From Eledone cirrhosa (Eukaryota), in NCBI GenBank assembly GCA_964016885.1, contig OZ024751.1, positions 18,600,001-18,664,000 on the forward strand: a stretch of 64,000 nucleotides of DNA, read 5' to 3'. The notes below the pieces were generated by a model. That model saw only the letters and a list, made by a program, of their open reading frames with translations, did no database searches and was not told the DNA's origin. Below are positions 44,850-57,098 of the stretch, piece by piece. How positions within the stretch are numbered: the stretch's first letter is position 1; the number at the start of each line of letters is the position of its first letter. Position numbers and translations under genes: made by a program.

Positions 44850-45440
44850 GGTGGATTGGAGGAATCGGTAGAGCACAAGGCAATATTCTTTACATTCTGA
44901 GTTCAAATTCCACCGAGGTTAACCTTTGCTTTTCATATTTACAGGGTCGATAAAATAAAGTATCAGTAACACACTGGGATCGATTTAATCGAATTTCTCC
45001 TTCCCACATATTGTTGGCCTTGTGTCTAAATCAGAAACTATTATTGTTTGATTTTGCAGTATCGGTAGCGCGCCAGACACCATGCTTTGCAGCATAGAGT
45101 TATGACCGTTTACGTTCTGAGTTCAAATCCGGCCAGGTTAACTTTGCCTTTCATCCTTAGGAGGTCGATAAAATAAAGTACCAGTAATGCACTGGAGTAA
45201 TTGCTGGCCTTGTGCCAAAAGTAGAAACATTATTATTATCATTGCTGGTGAATTGGCAGCATCGGTAGAGCGTCGGATAATATATTTTGTGTCATATATT
45301 TACGTCCTTTTACGTTCTGAGTTCAGATCCTGCCGAGGTTAACTTTGCCTTTCATCCTTGCAGGGTCGATAAAATAAAGTACCAGAAATGACATTCCCCT
45401 TCATTTTAAGTTGCTAGCCTTGGACCAAATGTAGAGACTA
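44850..45440 (+). mobile_element. Three head-to-tail SINE family A copies
   Basis: Copies at about 44850-45040, 45050-45238 and 45245-45440, each with B box and gtcgataaaataaagta body. Confidence 0.85.
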
Positions 45441-46472
45441 TTATAAATGGCATAATATAACTCGAAGAATGTCTTCCAAATCACATCAAGGTCATATTAA
45501 CCTATCTTAATTACTCAGGAGACGATAAAGTATAGTACCAGTCACGTGGTAGGATTGACATAATCTAGAAAATGTTTCCTTTTGAGTTTCTGGTTAGGCT
45601 AGGTAGAATGTTTACAAAATGTCTCGCGCTATTTGTTTTAGATTTTTGCACCAAAATCAACTGTGACTTTTATACTTGCGATATAGATGAAATAAAGTAC
45701 CAGTAATATACTTGGTTCGCTTTAATATATTATTGGTCTCCACAACATATGTTGCAAATATGGATGTATGTATAGTAAATGACAAAACTATGAAAAAAAC
45801 TAAAAAATAAGTGAGAAAAACATAAGACAAAACTGTTGGATTTGGAGTTGGATGTGTTCGGATTGTTATTTTTGATGTTGCTGTTGTTGTTAATGGTGGT
45901 CATGATGGTAGTAGTGGTGGTCATTCCAGACCCCTAAAAAAATTGAGACTCCTGCCATTCCTGACCCCAACCAAATTAAGACCCCTGCCATTCCAAATCC
46001 CAGCTAAACAAAACCCCTTTCAATTCCACAAGCCTTTATTCTTCAAAGGAACCCATTGTTGCTATACACCTTTACACAGCTTGTAGTGGTGGTCATTGCA
46101 GTAGTTGGAGTGATAGTATCAGCAATGTTGTTGAGAGAGAAGCAGGTGTTTAAATGTTAAGAAACAGTGAATAACCTAATTCTGATGCGTTCATCTTTGA
46201 GCATTCGTTGTTTTATTTTGTTTGATTTAAAGACACACACAAACACACACTGATTCACATGACATATACATGCATATATATATATATATATAATATATAC
46301 ATATATAGACACACAGTCATATACACATCACACACACACACACACATATATATAATGTGTGAGCGTGTATATGTGTGAATATGTATAAAAATATTTTAAT
46401 GGCTCTATGCTATTAAATATATATGCTATTAAATATATATGTTTGAATCCATGTGAAGTTATTAAGAAAGTC

Positions 46473-46546
<74 letters not shown>

Positions 46547-46552
46547 CACATA

Positions 46553-46719
46553 TAATGAAGGAATTGTGGTAAGGAACCAGATGGACCATAACGCACCAGA
46601 GTACTCAATACTAAGTGTAGTAGACTGGGTAATAGAAAAAAGAATGACCTCGACGGCTATTTCTGGACTGAAATAGCCGTCGAAACGGCTTGAGCTCTGC
46701 CGTCGGGGTCATTCTTTTT

Positions 46720-46722
<3 letters not shown>
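46553..46722 (-). mobile_element. Family B element with fold-back end
   Basis: gtggtaaggaaccagatggaccataacgcaccagagtactcaatac body; hairpin gacggctatttc/gaaatagccgtc followed by inverted sequence. Confidence 0.7.
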
Positions 46723-46768
<46 letters not shown>

Positions 46769-46942
46769 CAAGAGTAACCAATCTTAAAGAGAGAGATTGA
46801 GATAGTAGAGGAGATATGAGAGGAAAGATTGGTGAGTTAGTTAGAAGTTTGCATCAAACTAAATATGTTGACAATCTTTTAATAATGTCTTCCTTGTGAA
46901 ATTTGTGGTCTTGTTTTGCTTGACTAATGAATATATATATAT

Positions 46943-47007
<65 letters not shown>

Positions 47008-47303
47008 GAATATGTGTTTAAAATAACTTTGTATTTTAAATATTCAGCCATTAACTGAATCACCACTCAATACAGATGTATAGAGTGTATAAATTCGTCT
47101 TCTAAGTACAAAACGTTGCAATGAATTCGAAGTTTCAGCCTATGTATGTGTATGTGTGTACATGTGTGTAGCAGCAAATTAGAAGAACTGAAAGTATGTC
47201 GGAGGAATTAGCATATAGAATTATTTGAAATCTTACCAAGCTCAACATTGTCCTTCATTTAAGTACTGTGGAATTCGTTGTCCTCTTCTTAAACACATAT
47301 AGT

Positions 47304-47335
<32 letters not shown>

Positions 47336-47667
47336 TACATACATACATACATACATACAGTTACATATGCATATACACATATACACATATACAAATGCAC
47401 AATGTTAGTCACATACTTTTAAACACATTGTCACAATTACATACTCATATACATACTAGCATATATACATACACACATCTTGTCATATATGCATCTACAC
47501 ATACGGTCACAAATACATGCTCATATACAGACAGACACATATATACTTACACATATACAGTCACATATACATACACACACATCATGTCACATGTGCATCT
47601 ACACATACAGACACATACATACGGTGTAATTCTTGTAAAATCATCGGAATAGGAATACATGCATACA

Positions 47668-48369
47668 AGCGCATGGCTTAGTGGGTAGAGCATTGGGCTT
47701 GCAATCGAAAGGTTGTGAGTTCAATTCTCGGACCGGGTGATGTGTTGTTTCCTTGAGCAAGACACTTTATTTTACATTGCTCCAGTTTACTCAGCTGTAG
47801 AAATGAGATGATAGGGACTGGGGTCCTTATCATTCCACTGTAAAGTGGACGTGGAGGTGCCACGGAAAAACAAGCACCCAGCCCATACTGTAAAGCGAAT
47901 GTGTAGGTGCCACGGAAAAAAAGCACCCAGCACTCACTGTAAAGTGGACGTGTAGGTGCTACGGCAAAAAAAGCACCCAGCACTCACTGTAAAGTGGACG
48001 TGTAGGTGCTACGGCAAAAAAAGCACCCAGCCCACACTGTAAAGTGGTCATGTAGGTGCTACGGCAAGAAAAGCACCCAGACCACACTGTAAAGTGGTCA
48101 TGTAGGTGCTACAGCAAGAAAAGCACCCAGACCACACTGTAAAGTGGTCATGTAGGTGCTACGACAAAAAAAGCAGCCAGCACTCACTGTAAATGAGGTT
48201 GATGTTAGGAAGGGCATCCAGCTGTAGAAATCAAGCCAGAATCAGTTCCCGTATGAGCAAGACAAGGTCAGCCGATTGGACACTGACCACAACAGGACAA
48301 CCCATCTAACCCATGCTAGCGTGGAAGAACGAACGTAAAACGGTGATGATGATGATGATGATGATGTTG
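47668..48369 (+). mobile_element. tRNA-headed CORE-like SINE with 7 internal 50-bp repeats and a (GAT)n tail
   Basis: A box tggcttagtgg, B box gagttcaattc, CORE-like ccttgagcaagacactt..ctcagctgtagaaatgag, then ttaggaagggcatccagctgtagaaa and a (GAT)n tail. Confidence 0.85.
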
Positions 48370-48711
48370 ATATACATACACACACATCACGTCATATGTG
48401 CATCTACACTTACAGACACATAAGCATACGGTATAATTCTTGTAAAATCATCGGAGAACGAATACATTCATACATATATTACACACGCATACATAAACGT
48501 ATATTCGTAGCAAGAATCACAGACATATACGTACATACACACTGAGACACGCGTGTATACATACATACACATATCTACACACATATAGGAGTCTGTGTTG
48601 ACAAACATGGTTCTGTTCCGCTCAATTAATCTCCTAATAACACCGGCTATATTGTAGCATTGGCTCATACCCATACTCACACACAGACCTACACATACAC
48701 TCACATGTGTG

Positions 48712-48742
<31 letters not shown>

Positions 48743-48771
48743 GTGTGTGTGCATCTATGTATATGTATGAA

Positions 48772-48841
<70 letters not shown>

Positions 48842-48992
48842 AATGTATATAAATATGTACGTATATGTATTATATACGTATATATATATATATATATATA
48901 TATATACGTATATATATATATATATATATATATACATAGATGTACACACATATATGTATGAAAACTGCAAACTTGACTGTCTCCACTGAATA

Positions 48993-49031
48993 TGAACCTG
49001 AAGATTGCGAAAGCATGAAAGTACTTGATCA
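48993..49031 (+). ncRNA. Minimal type I hammerhead ribozyme motif
   Basis: Stem I tgaac/gatca (1 mismatch); CTGAAGA 48998-49004; stem II t-tgc-GAAA-gca-t (GNRA loop); GAAA 49017-49020; palindromic loop GTAC; then U16.1 and U17. Confidence 0.65.
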
Positions 49032-49508
49032 ATTAACATTTAATATTCTACCATGCTATTTCATTATAATATCATTATAATTTTAAAGGATTGTAAATAA
49101 AACGAATAAATCAGACAAAGTTGGAATTCCTTTTATTAATATATAGATATACGTATACATATATACACACATGCGTTGGTATGTATATATGTATGTGTAT
49201 ATGTGTTGTGTGTGTGTGTATAGATTTATATAAGTGTACAAAAGACAAAAGAGAGAGAGAATCGAATAAATACACGGCGTAAAAGAAATGAAAGAGAGGC
49301 GTTAGACCATCTCACACGCTATTCGTTCATGCTATTTATATATTTGTCTATTTATGTCTAAATGATTTTAACTCTTTTAGCATCTTAATAGAGCGAAACA
49401 GAGTAAGTTTGTCAACACATACTTTAGTGAATGTAATTTACTCTAGATATTTATAATCTATTATTCTTTCATCTATTGAGCTGTCTCTTACGCAGTCATA
49501 CCCTAATT

Positions 49509-49555
<47 letters not shown>

Positions 49556-49565
49556 TTATATTAGG

Positions 49566-49596
<31 letters not shown>

Positions 49597-49784
49597 CATT
49601 TATCTAAAGACATTTTTTCCAATTCCTCCCCGCCCGTCTCTTCAGTCTATCTTATTTCTCATTCTTTCTTGTGATGAAGGACTAATGTCCGAAACGTTAA
49701 GACCCTCTTCCTGCTATATCAAGCGTTATTATCTCTGTTTACCTTTTACATAGATAGATAGATAGATAGATAGATAGAAAGAAA

Positions 49785-49932
49785 GTGTGGTAAGATACCA
49801 GGTGGACCATAACGCACCAGAGTACTCAATACTTAGGGTAAAAGAGTGGGTAATAGGAAAAATAATCAAGATCCCGACGGCTGAGCTCCGGCCGTTTCAA
49901 CAGCTAGATCCGGACAGTTCGGATCTAGCTGT
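49785..49932 (-). mobile_element. Family B element (subfamily 2)
   Basis: Same body; ends in the hairpin acagctagatccg/cggatctagctgt. Confidence 0.7.
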
Positions 49933-50014
49933 ATATGTATGTCTATGTATATGTATGTCAGTGTATATGTATGTATGCATATATATGTTTTTGTGTATGT
50001 GTACGTGTATCATC

Positions 50015-50565
50015 ATTTCATCATCATTTCATTTTACGTCCGCTTTTTCCCTGCTTGCAAGGGTGGGACGGGAACTGATTCTGGTTTGAATTTTACAGCT
50101 GGATGCCCTTCCTAACACCAACCTCATTTACAGTGAGTGCTGGGTGCTTTTTTGCTGTGGCACCTCCACGACCATTTTGCAGTGGAATGATATGGACCCC
50201 CAGTCCACTTTTTCCCTGCTTGCAAGGGTGGGACGGGAACTGATTCTGGCTTGATTTCTACAGCTGGATGCCCTTCCTAACACCAACCTCATTTACAGTG
50301 AGTGCTGGGTGCTTTTTTTCCGTGGCGCCTACACGACCACTTTACAGTGTGGGCTGGGTGCTTTTTTGCTGTGGCACCTCCACGACCACTTTGCAGTGGA
50401 ATGATATGGACCCCCAGTCCCTATCATCTCATTTCTACAGCTGAGAAAACTGGAGCAATGTGAAATAAAGTGTCTTGCTCAAGGAAACAACACATCACCC
50501 AGTCTGAGAATTGAACTCACAACCTTTCGATTGCAAGGCCAATGCTCTACCACTAAGCCATGTTC
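50015..50565 (-). mobile_element. CORE-like SINE with a duplicated 3' segment
   Basis: Reverse complement of the 47668 family; the 3' portion occurs twice (about 50015-50197 and from 50195). Confidence 0.85.
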
Positions 50566-50859
50566 CGCCACATATATATATATATATGTATATATAGTGG
50601 TGAAGAAGATTTAGGGGATTTTCATTCAGAAGTGTGTTGATGACTACCATAATGGTGGTGTTGATTTTAGTACTTTTGTATTATGATGGTGATAACGACG
50701 ACAAGGAGAAAAGAAGAGAATATGACGAGTTTGAGGTGTACTAGGAAACTTAGTAAATGTCAATTCCGTAGAACAAACAGCGTTGTCAACTGGGTTTTAA
50801 CCTTTTCACTATATTGCACACGACGTTGTAAATATAAGTGTAATAATAATAATTATTAT

Positions 50860-51074
50860 TATTTCTACTATATGCACAAGGCCAGCAATTTGGGGAGAGG
50901 GTAAATCGATTAAATCAATCCCAGTGTATTACTGGTACTTTATTTTTTCGATCCCGTAAGGATGAAAGGCAAAGCTAACCTCGGCTGTATTTTAACTCAG
51001 AAAGTAAATGAATGTAATTCTATGCTACAAATCATGTTGCCCGACGCTCTACCGATTCTGCCAATCCACCACCC

Positions 51075-51105
<31 letters not shown>

Positions 51106-51413
51106 TGTTTCTACTTTTTGCACAAGGCCAGCAATTACCCAGTACATTACTGCTACTTTATTTTATCGACCCCGTAAGGATGAAAGGCAAAGATAACCTC
51201 GGCGGGATTTGAACTCAGACCGTAAAGGGCCTTAATTCTATGCTGCAAAGCATGGCGTCCGACTCTCTACCGATACTGCCAATCCACATAATAATATATA
51301 AATATATAATAAGTACTATCACTACAATAGAAACACCATCAGCAAAAACTACTCTGCTCATGCCCAAGGCGCACAGAGCTGTGCTCAGTAAAGCAGTAAT
51401 GATGCGCAATGAA

Positions 51414-51444
<31 letters not shown>

Positions 51445-52499
51445 GTGGTGGTGACTTTATGAGCCATAAGGGCCAGCAGTAAACATAATAAACAAAGGGG
51501 TTGCAATAAATATGGTGCTGGATAAATAGAGTTATATTAAAACGAATCTTGAGACAAAGATGTTGTACAAGAGACGTATAAAAGTTGATAAAAGTTTAAA
51601 TAAGTCTAAAATTGTTGTGAGACATATAATAAATAATTGTTTCTACTTTTGGCACAAGGCCAGCAATTATTTCAGTGTATTACTGGTACTTTATTTTATC
51701 GACCCCGTAAGGATGAAAGGCAAAGTCAACCTCGGCAGGATTTGAACTGTGCTGGAAGGCATGTTGTCCGAGCCTCTGCCGATACTGCCAAATGCAAGAT
51801 ATAATATGGTTTCTTATATAGGCACAAGGCCAGCAATTTTTGGGGGGAGGAAAGTCGTTTAAATCGACCCCAGTGCATGACTGGTACTTTATTTTATCGA
51901 CCCAGTAAGGATGAAAAGCAAAGTTAACCTCGGCTGGATTTGAACTCACATCATAAAGGGCCGTAACTCTAAGCTGCAAAGCATGGCGTCCGACCCTCTA
52001 CCGATACTGGCAATCCAAACAACATTAAGAGCTATCCAACCTCACATAGGTGTGAACCAGCTAGTTATGTCTAGGCAGAGCACACCACATTTCTGGTTAC
52101 CCACTCTGCATTATGTGGGCAGCCACATATCATAATTCTTTCTAACATTGGTCCAAAGCCAGCAATTTAGGGGCAAGGCAAAGTGAATACTACTGACCCC
52201 AGTATTTTACTGGTACTTTATTTGATCAACCACTGGTATGATGAAAGGCAAAGATAGCCTCGATGAGATTTGAAATGTATTATCATTAACACCATTAGTA
52301 AGGGCGGTGAATTGGCAGTATCGGTAGAGGGTCGGACGCCATGCTTTGACGCATAGAGTTACGGCCCTTGCCATTCTGAGTTCAAATCCCGCCGAGATTA
52401 ACTTTGCCTTTCATCCTTACGGTGTCGATAAAATAAAGTACCAGTAATACACTGGGTATTTGCTGGCCTTGTGCCAATAGTAGAAACAATTATTATTAT
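50860..52499. mobile_element. Cluster of six SINE family A copies (five minus, one plus)
   Basis: Minus copies at about 50860-51070, 51101-51287, 51633-51793, 51810-52017 and 52140-52275; plus copy 52303-52499. Confidence 0.85.
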
Positions 52500-52539
52500 C
52501 GTCATCATTGTTACCATTACCACCACCACCACCACCACC

Positions 52540-52710
52540 ACCTTTACCTCCACAACTAGCAATCAAACAACCACCACCACCACCTTTACCTCCAGAACTA
52601 GCAATCAAACAACCACCACCACCACCTTTACCTCCAGAACTAGCAATCAAACAACCACCACCACCGCCTTTACCTCCACAACTAGCAATCAAACAACCAC
52701 CACCACCATC
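52540..52710. repeat. 42-bp tandem repeat, 4 units
   Basis: cctttacctccagaactagcaatcaaacaaccaccaccacca repeated four times. Confidence 0.9.
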
Positions 52711-52742
52711 AACATTACCACCAAGAACACTACTACTACTAT

Positions 52743-52787
<45 letters not shown>

Positions 52788-52868
52788 TACTACAATCACT
52801 ACTATTACCATCACCTCCCCTACTACCATCCATCACTGCTACTACTACTACTACCACTACTACTGCTG

Positions 52869-52920
<52 letters not shown>

Positions 52921-53245
52921 CACTATTACTATTACTACTACTACTGCTGTTGTGCTGTCCTTTACCATATCCAGCTGTAATTTCACTCCCCTCCACCACC
53001 ATCATTCCATACCGTACCCCTATTATCTACAGCAGTCTGCGTCATTCCAGACCCCTAAAAAAAATTGAGACCCCTGCCATTCCTGACCCCAGCCAAATTA
53101 AGACCCCTGCCATTCCAGATCCCAGCTAAACAAGACCCCTTTCAATTCCACAAGCCTTTATTCTTCAAAGGAACCTATTGTTGCTTTACACCTTTACACA
53201 GCTCGTGCTGTATCAAAACCACAACCAAACACACCGTGTGTGTGG

Positions 53246-53283
<38 letters not shown>

Positions 53284-53755
53284 ATATGCACGCGCGAGTG
53301 TGTGTGTGTCTGTGCGAGTGTGTGTATATGCACGTGTGTGTGTGTGTGTCTGTGTGAGTGTGTGTATATGCACGCGCGCGTGTGTGTGTGTGTCTGTGTG
53401 AGTGTGTGTATATGCACGCGCGCGCGCGTGTGTGTGTGTGTGAGAGAGAGAAAGTAATGTTAGATAACGTGTACCTGTGTGTATGTATGTATAATTGAGT
53501 GTATGTATAAGTGTTATTGCGTGTGAGTGCGGGGAAAGGGAAACAGCATGTGTGTGTGAATATGTAAGTAAATGAATAATCTCATTGGGTGAGAGAGAAA
53601 GGTAGACTTCATGTGTGTGTTTGTGTGCGTATGTTAGACAGTGTATATATATATATATATATAAATATACATAGGTCCCGGGTTGAGTCGGGGATAACCA
53701 CAGTAAGTTAGGTACTCAATACATGGCAGAGTAAAATATATTTATTGTATAGAAG

Positions 53756-53808
53756 GAGCTTCTACAGGACTAGTACTGTTTCATTCAGATGAAATCTTCA
53801 GGAAGCTC
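53756..53808 (-). ncRNA. Type I hammerhead ribozyme motif, minus-strand copy
   Basis: Exact reverse complement of 53835-53887; on its own strand it is followed by AATAAA, TATTGAGTAC and a (TA)n tail. Confidence 0.75.
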
Positions 53809-53834
53809 TGCCATGTATTGAGTACCTTACTTAC

Positions 53835-53887
53835 GAGCTTCCTGAAGATTTCATCTGAATGAAACAGTACTAGTCCTGTAGAAGCTC
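53835..53887 (+). ncRNA. Type I hammerhead ribozyme motif (inverted duplicate of 53756-53808)
   Basis: Perfect 7-bp stem I gagcttc/gaagctc; CTGAAGA 53842-53848; stem II t-ttc-atct-gaa-t; GAAA 53861-53864; stem III cag/ctg with near-palindromic loop tactagtc; GUA triplet (A53880). Confidence 0.75.
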
Positions 53888-53894
53888 CTTCTAT

Positions 53895-53934
<40 letters not shown>

Positions 53935-53936
<2 letters not shown>

Positions 53937-54123
53937 ATGAAGGAGGTGTGGTAAGGAACCAGATGGACCATAACGCATCAGAGTACTCAATACATAGGGT
54001 AGAAGTGTGGGTAATAGGAAAAAGCATGACCCCGACGGCAGAGCTCAAGCCGTTTCGGCGGCTATTTCTGAAATAGCCGTCGAAACGGCTTGAGCTCTGC
54101 CGCCGGGGTCAAACATTTTCCCA
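53935..54123 (-). mobile_element. Family B element with long fold-back
   Basis: Same body; arms of about 40 bp, gaccccgacggcagagctcaagccgtttc.../...gaaacggcttgagctctgccgccggggtc, centred near 54069. Confidence 0.7.
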
Positions 54124-54133
54124 TATATACATA

Positions 54134-54230
<97 letters not shown>

Positions 54231-54729
54231 TGGCATATTGTGTATGTGAGAGAGAAAGTTAGATTATATGTTTATACGTATGAGTGTGTATATATGTGTG
54301 TATTGTCTCATATGTGTTTGAGAAAGTTAGATATGTATGTGTGTATGAGTGTGTGTGTGTGTAGAGAGAGAGAGAGATTATATGCATGTATGCGTGTGTG
54401 TGAGTATACATATAGTCAGATTGTGTGTGAGCGAGAGAGAAATGTAGATTATATGTATGTGTATATGTGAGTGTGTATGTGTGTGTGCATGAATGTGCAT
54501 TCATTGTATTGTGTGTGTGTTATTGTCATTGTTACTGAATGTGTTTGAAAGACTGCATGTGGTGTCATTGTGTCAGTTTTGAGTGTGTATATATATATAT
54601 AGGTGTACACGTGTATCTGTGTATATGTGTGTGCGTGTGTGAATGTGCATGGCTGATTTTGTGTGGCGTTGTTATTATGTGCGTGTGTGTGTGTGTATGT
54701 ACTTCTACAAGTGTGTATCTGTGTCGGTG

Positions 54730-54773
<44 letters not shown>

Positions 54774-54782
54774 ACACATACA

Positions 54783-54824
<42 letters not shown>

Positions 54825-54929
54825 TACGCGCACACATATATTATGTATGTGTGAGTGGTCTTTTAGATATTTAGTTCCTTTAACTATTACAGCTGAGGTC
54901 ATGCTGGAACACACACTAACATATATATA

Positions 54930-54991
<62 letters not shown>

Positions 54992-55447
54992 ACATCTGTT
55001 GTCTTGATTGCTGCAATCACTGAAACCACCTCCACACCGCGTGCCCTTCCCTCTACTCTCTACACCCCGTCATCCATCCGTTGGCAGTAGGGTAAGGTCT
55101 GTGTGTTTGTTGATCGGTCGGTCAATCCCTCTCTCTCTCTCCCCTCTCTCTCTCTCTCTCTCTCTCCCCTCTCTCTCTCTCTCTCTCTCTCCCCCTCTCT
55201 CGCTCAAACTCTACCTGCCCGCCGACCTCTTTCTTCGTGTTCGGTTAGAGTAGGAGTTGCCCTGCTCTATCGGTCAGCGGGGGCTGTTGCGTGAAAAGAA
55301 TGGAGGGCGGAGTTCGTTTGATGACAGGTGTAGGCCCCTCCTGTTTCATGTGAGAAAAAAGAAAACCCCGGTATCCAGGGGCTACCCGAGAGAACACTCT
55401 CACACACACACACACACACACACACGCACGCGGCGAAATGAAATCGG

Positions 55448-55478
<31 letters not shown>

Positions 55479-55579
55479 TTGTTTGAAGCGAGACCCGATA
55501 CCCCGATTGTTGGTTCCTTCTTTAGAAAACTCAGTCGCTGTCGTAATTGTCGTCGTCGTCGTCGTCGTGGTAATCAACA

Positions 55580-56270
55580 TTACTACTGCAACCACAATTA
55601 CTATCACAACTCCCACCACCACCAATACTGCAACAACAACAGCCATCGTTATTACCACTATAACAACTACAACGTAGCACCACTATGATCACAACTCCCA
55701 CCACCACCACCACCACCAATACTGCAACAACAACAACAGCCATAGCTATTACCACTATAACAACTACAACGTAGCACCACTATGATCACAACTCCCACCA
55801 CCAATACTGCAACAACAACAACAGCCATAGCTATTACCACTATAACAACTACAACGTAGCACCACTATGATCACAACTCCCACCACAACCACCACCACCA
55901 CTACCAATACTGTAACAACAACAACAGCCATCGTTATTACCACTATAACAACTACAACGTAGCACCACTATGATCACAACTCCCACCACCACCACCACCA
56001 CCAATACTGTAACAACAACAACAGCCATAGCTATTACCACTATAACAACTACAACGTAGCACCACTATGATCACAACTCCCACCACAACCACCACCACCA
56101 ATACTGCAACAACAACAGCCATCGCTATTACCACTATAACAACCACAACGTAGCACCACTATGATCACAACTCCCACCACCACCACCACCACCAATACTG
56201 TAACAACAACAACAGCCATCGTTATTACCACTATAACAACTACAATGTAGCACCACTATGACCACAACCA
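55580..56270. repeat. Tandem repeat, about 7 units of 85-102 bp
   Basis: accactataacaactacaacgtagcaccactatgatcacaactccc recurs with variable (CCA)n and (CAA)n spacers. Confidence 0.9.
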
Positions 56271-56755
56271 ACAGCAATACCAGCACGTGGCGTTAACAAC
56301 CATGAGTACTAGCAACACAACCACTAACATCACACCACTAGAGCAACAATAACCACTACAACTATTTCAACCACACACCACCACTAATCTTTTACCTCCA
56401 CCTTCAACACAACATGAATAACCATTACTACAACCAAACACCACCGCCGCCGTCACCACCACCACCACCACCAACAACAACATCACTACAACTATGATAA
56501 CCAAGAATGGTGCTAGAAGGGGGTCTGTGGTTAGGGCTTTGATGTCCAAGCGTCCCTTAAATCATACACACCCCTGTCTGAGACGCCGCCAACAATTACA
56601 GGCCAACGAACGAGCAACTAGGTTATCAGGCCGACTCCTAGAAATAACAGCCAACAACAACTCCACATTACACAACGGCAAACACATACATACATACATA
56701 CATACATACATACATACATACATACATACATACATACATACAATATATATATAAT

Positions 56756-56931
56756 CAGATAGGGTGTGGTAAAATACCAGGTGGACCATAACCCACCAGA
56801 GTACTCGATACGTGGGGTAGTAGAGTGGGTAATATGAAAAGATTCAGGACCCCGACGGCTGAGCTTGGGCCGTTTAGGATCTAGCTGTCAAAACGGCCGG
56901 AGCTCAACCGTCGAGGTCCTGAATCTTTTCA
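56756..56931 (-). mobile_element. Family B element (subfamily 2) with fold-back
   Basis: Same body; arms tgaaaagattcaggaccccgacgg.../...ccgtcgaggtcctgaatcttttca. Confidence 0.7.
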
Positions 56932-56949
56932 CACACACATACACATACA

Positions 56950-57098
<149 letters not shown>

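Noticed and set aside
47668-47740. tRNA gene
   Set aside because: A and B boxes run directly into a SINE body; no complete cloverleaf or terminator. The same applies to family A heads.
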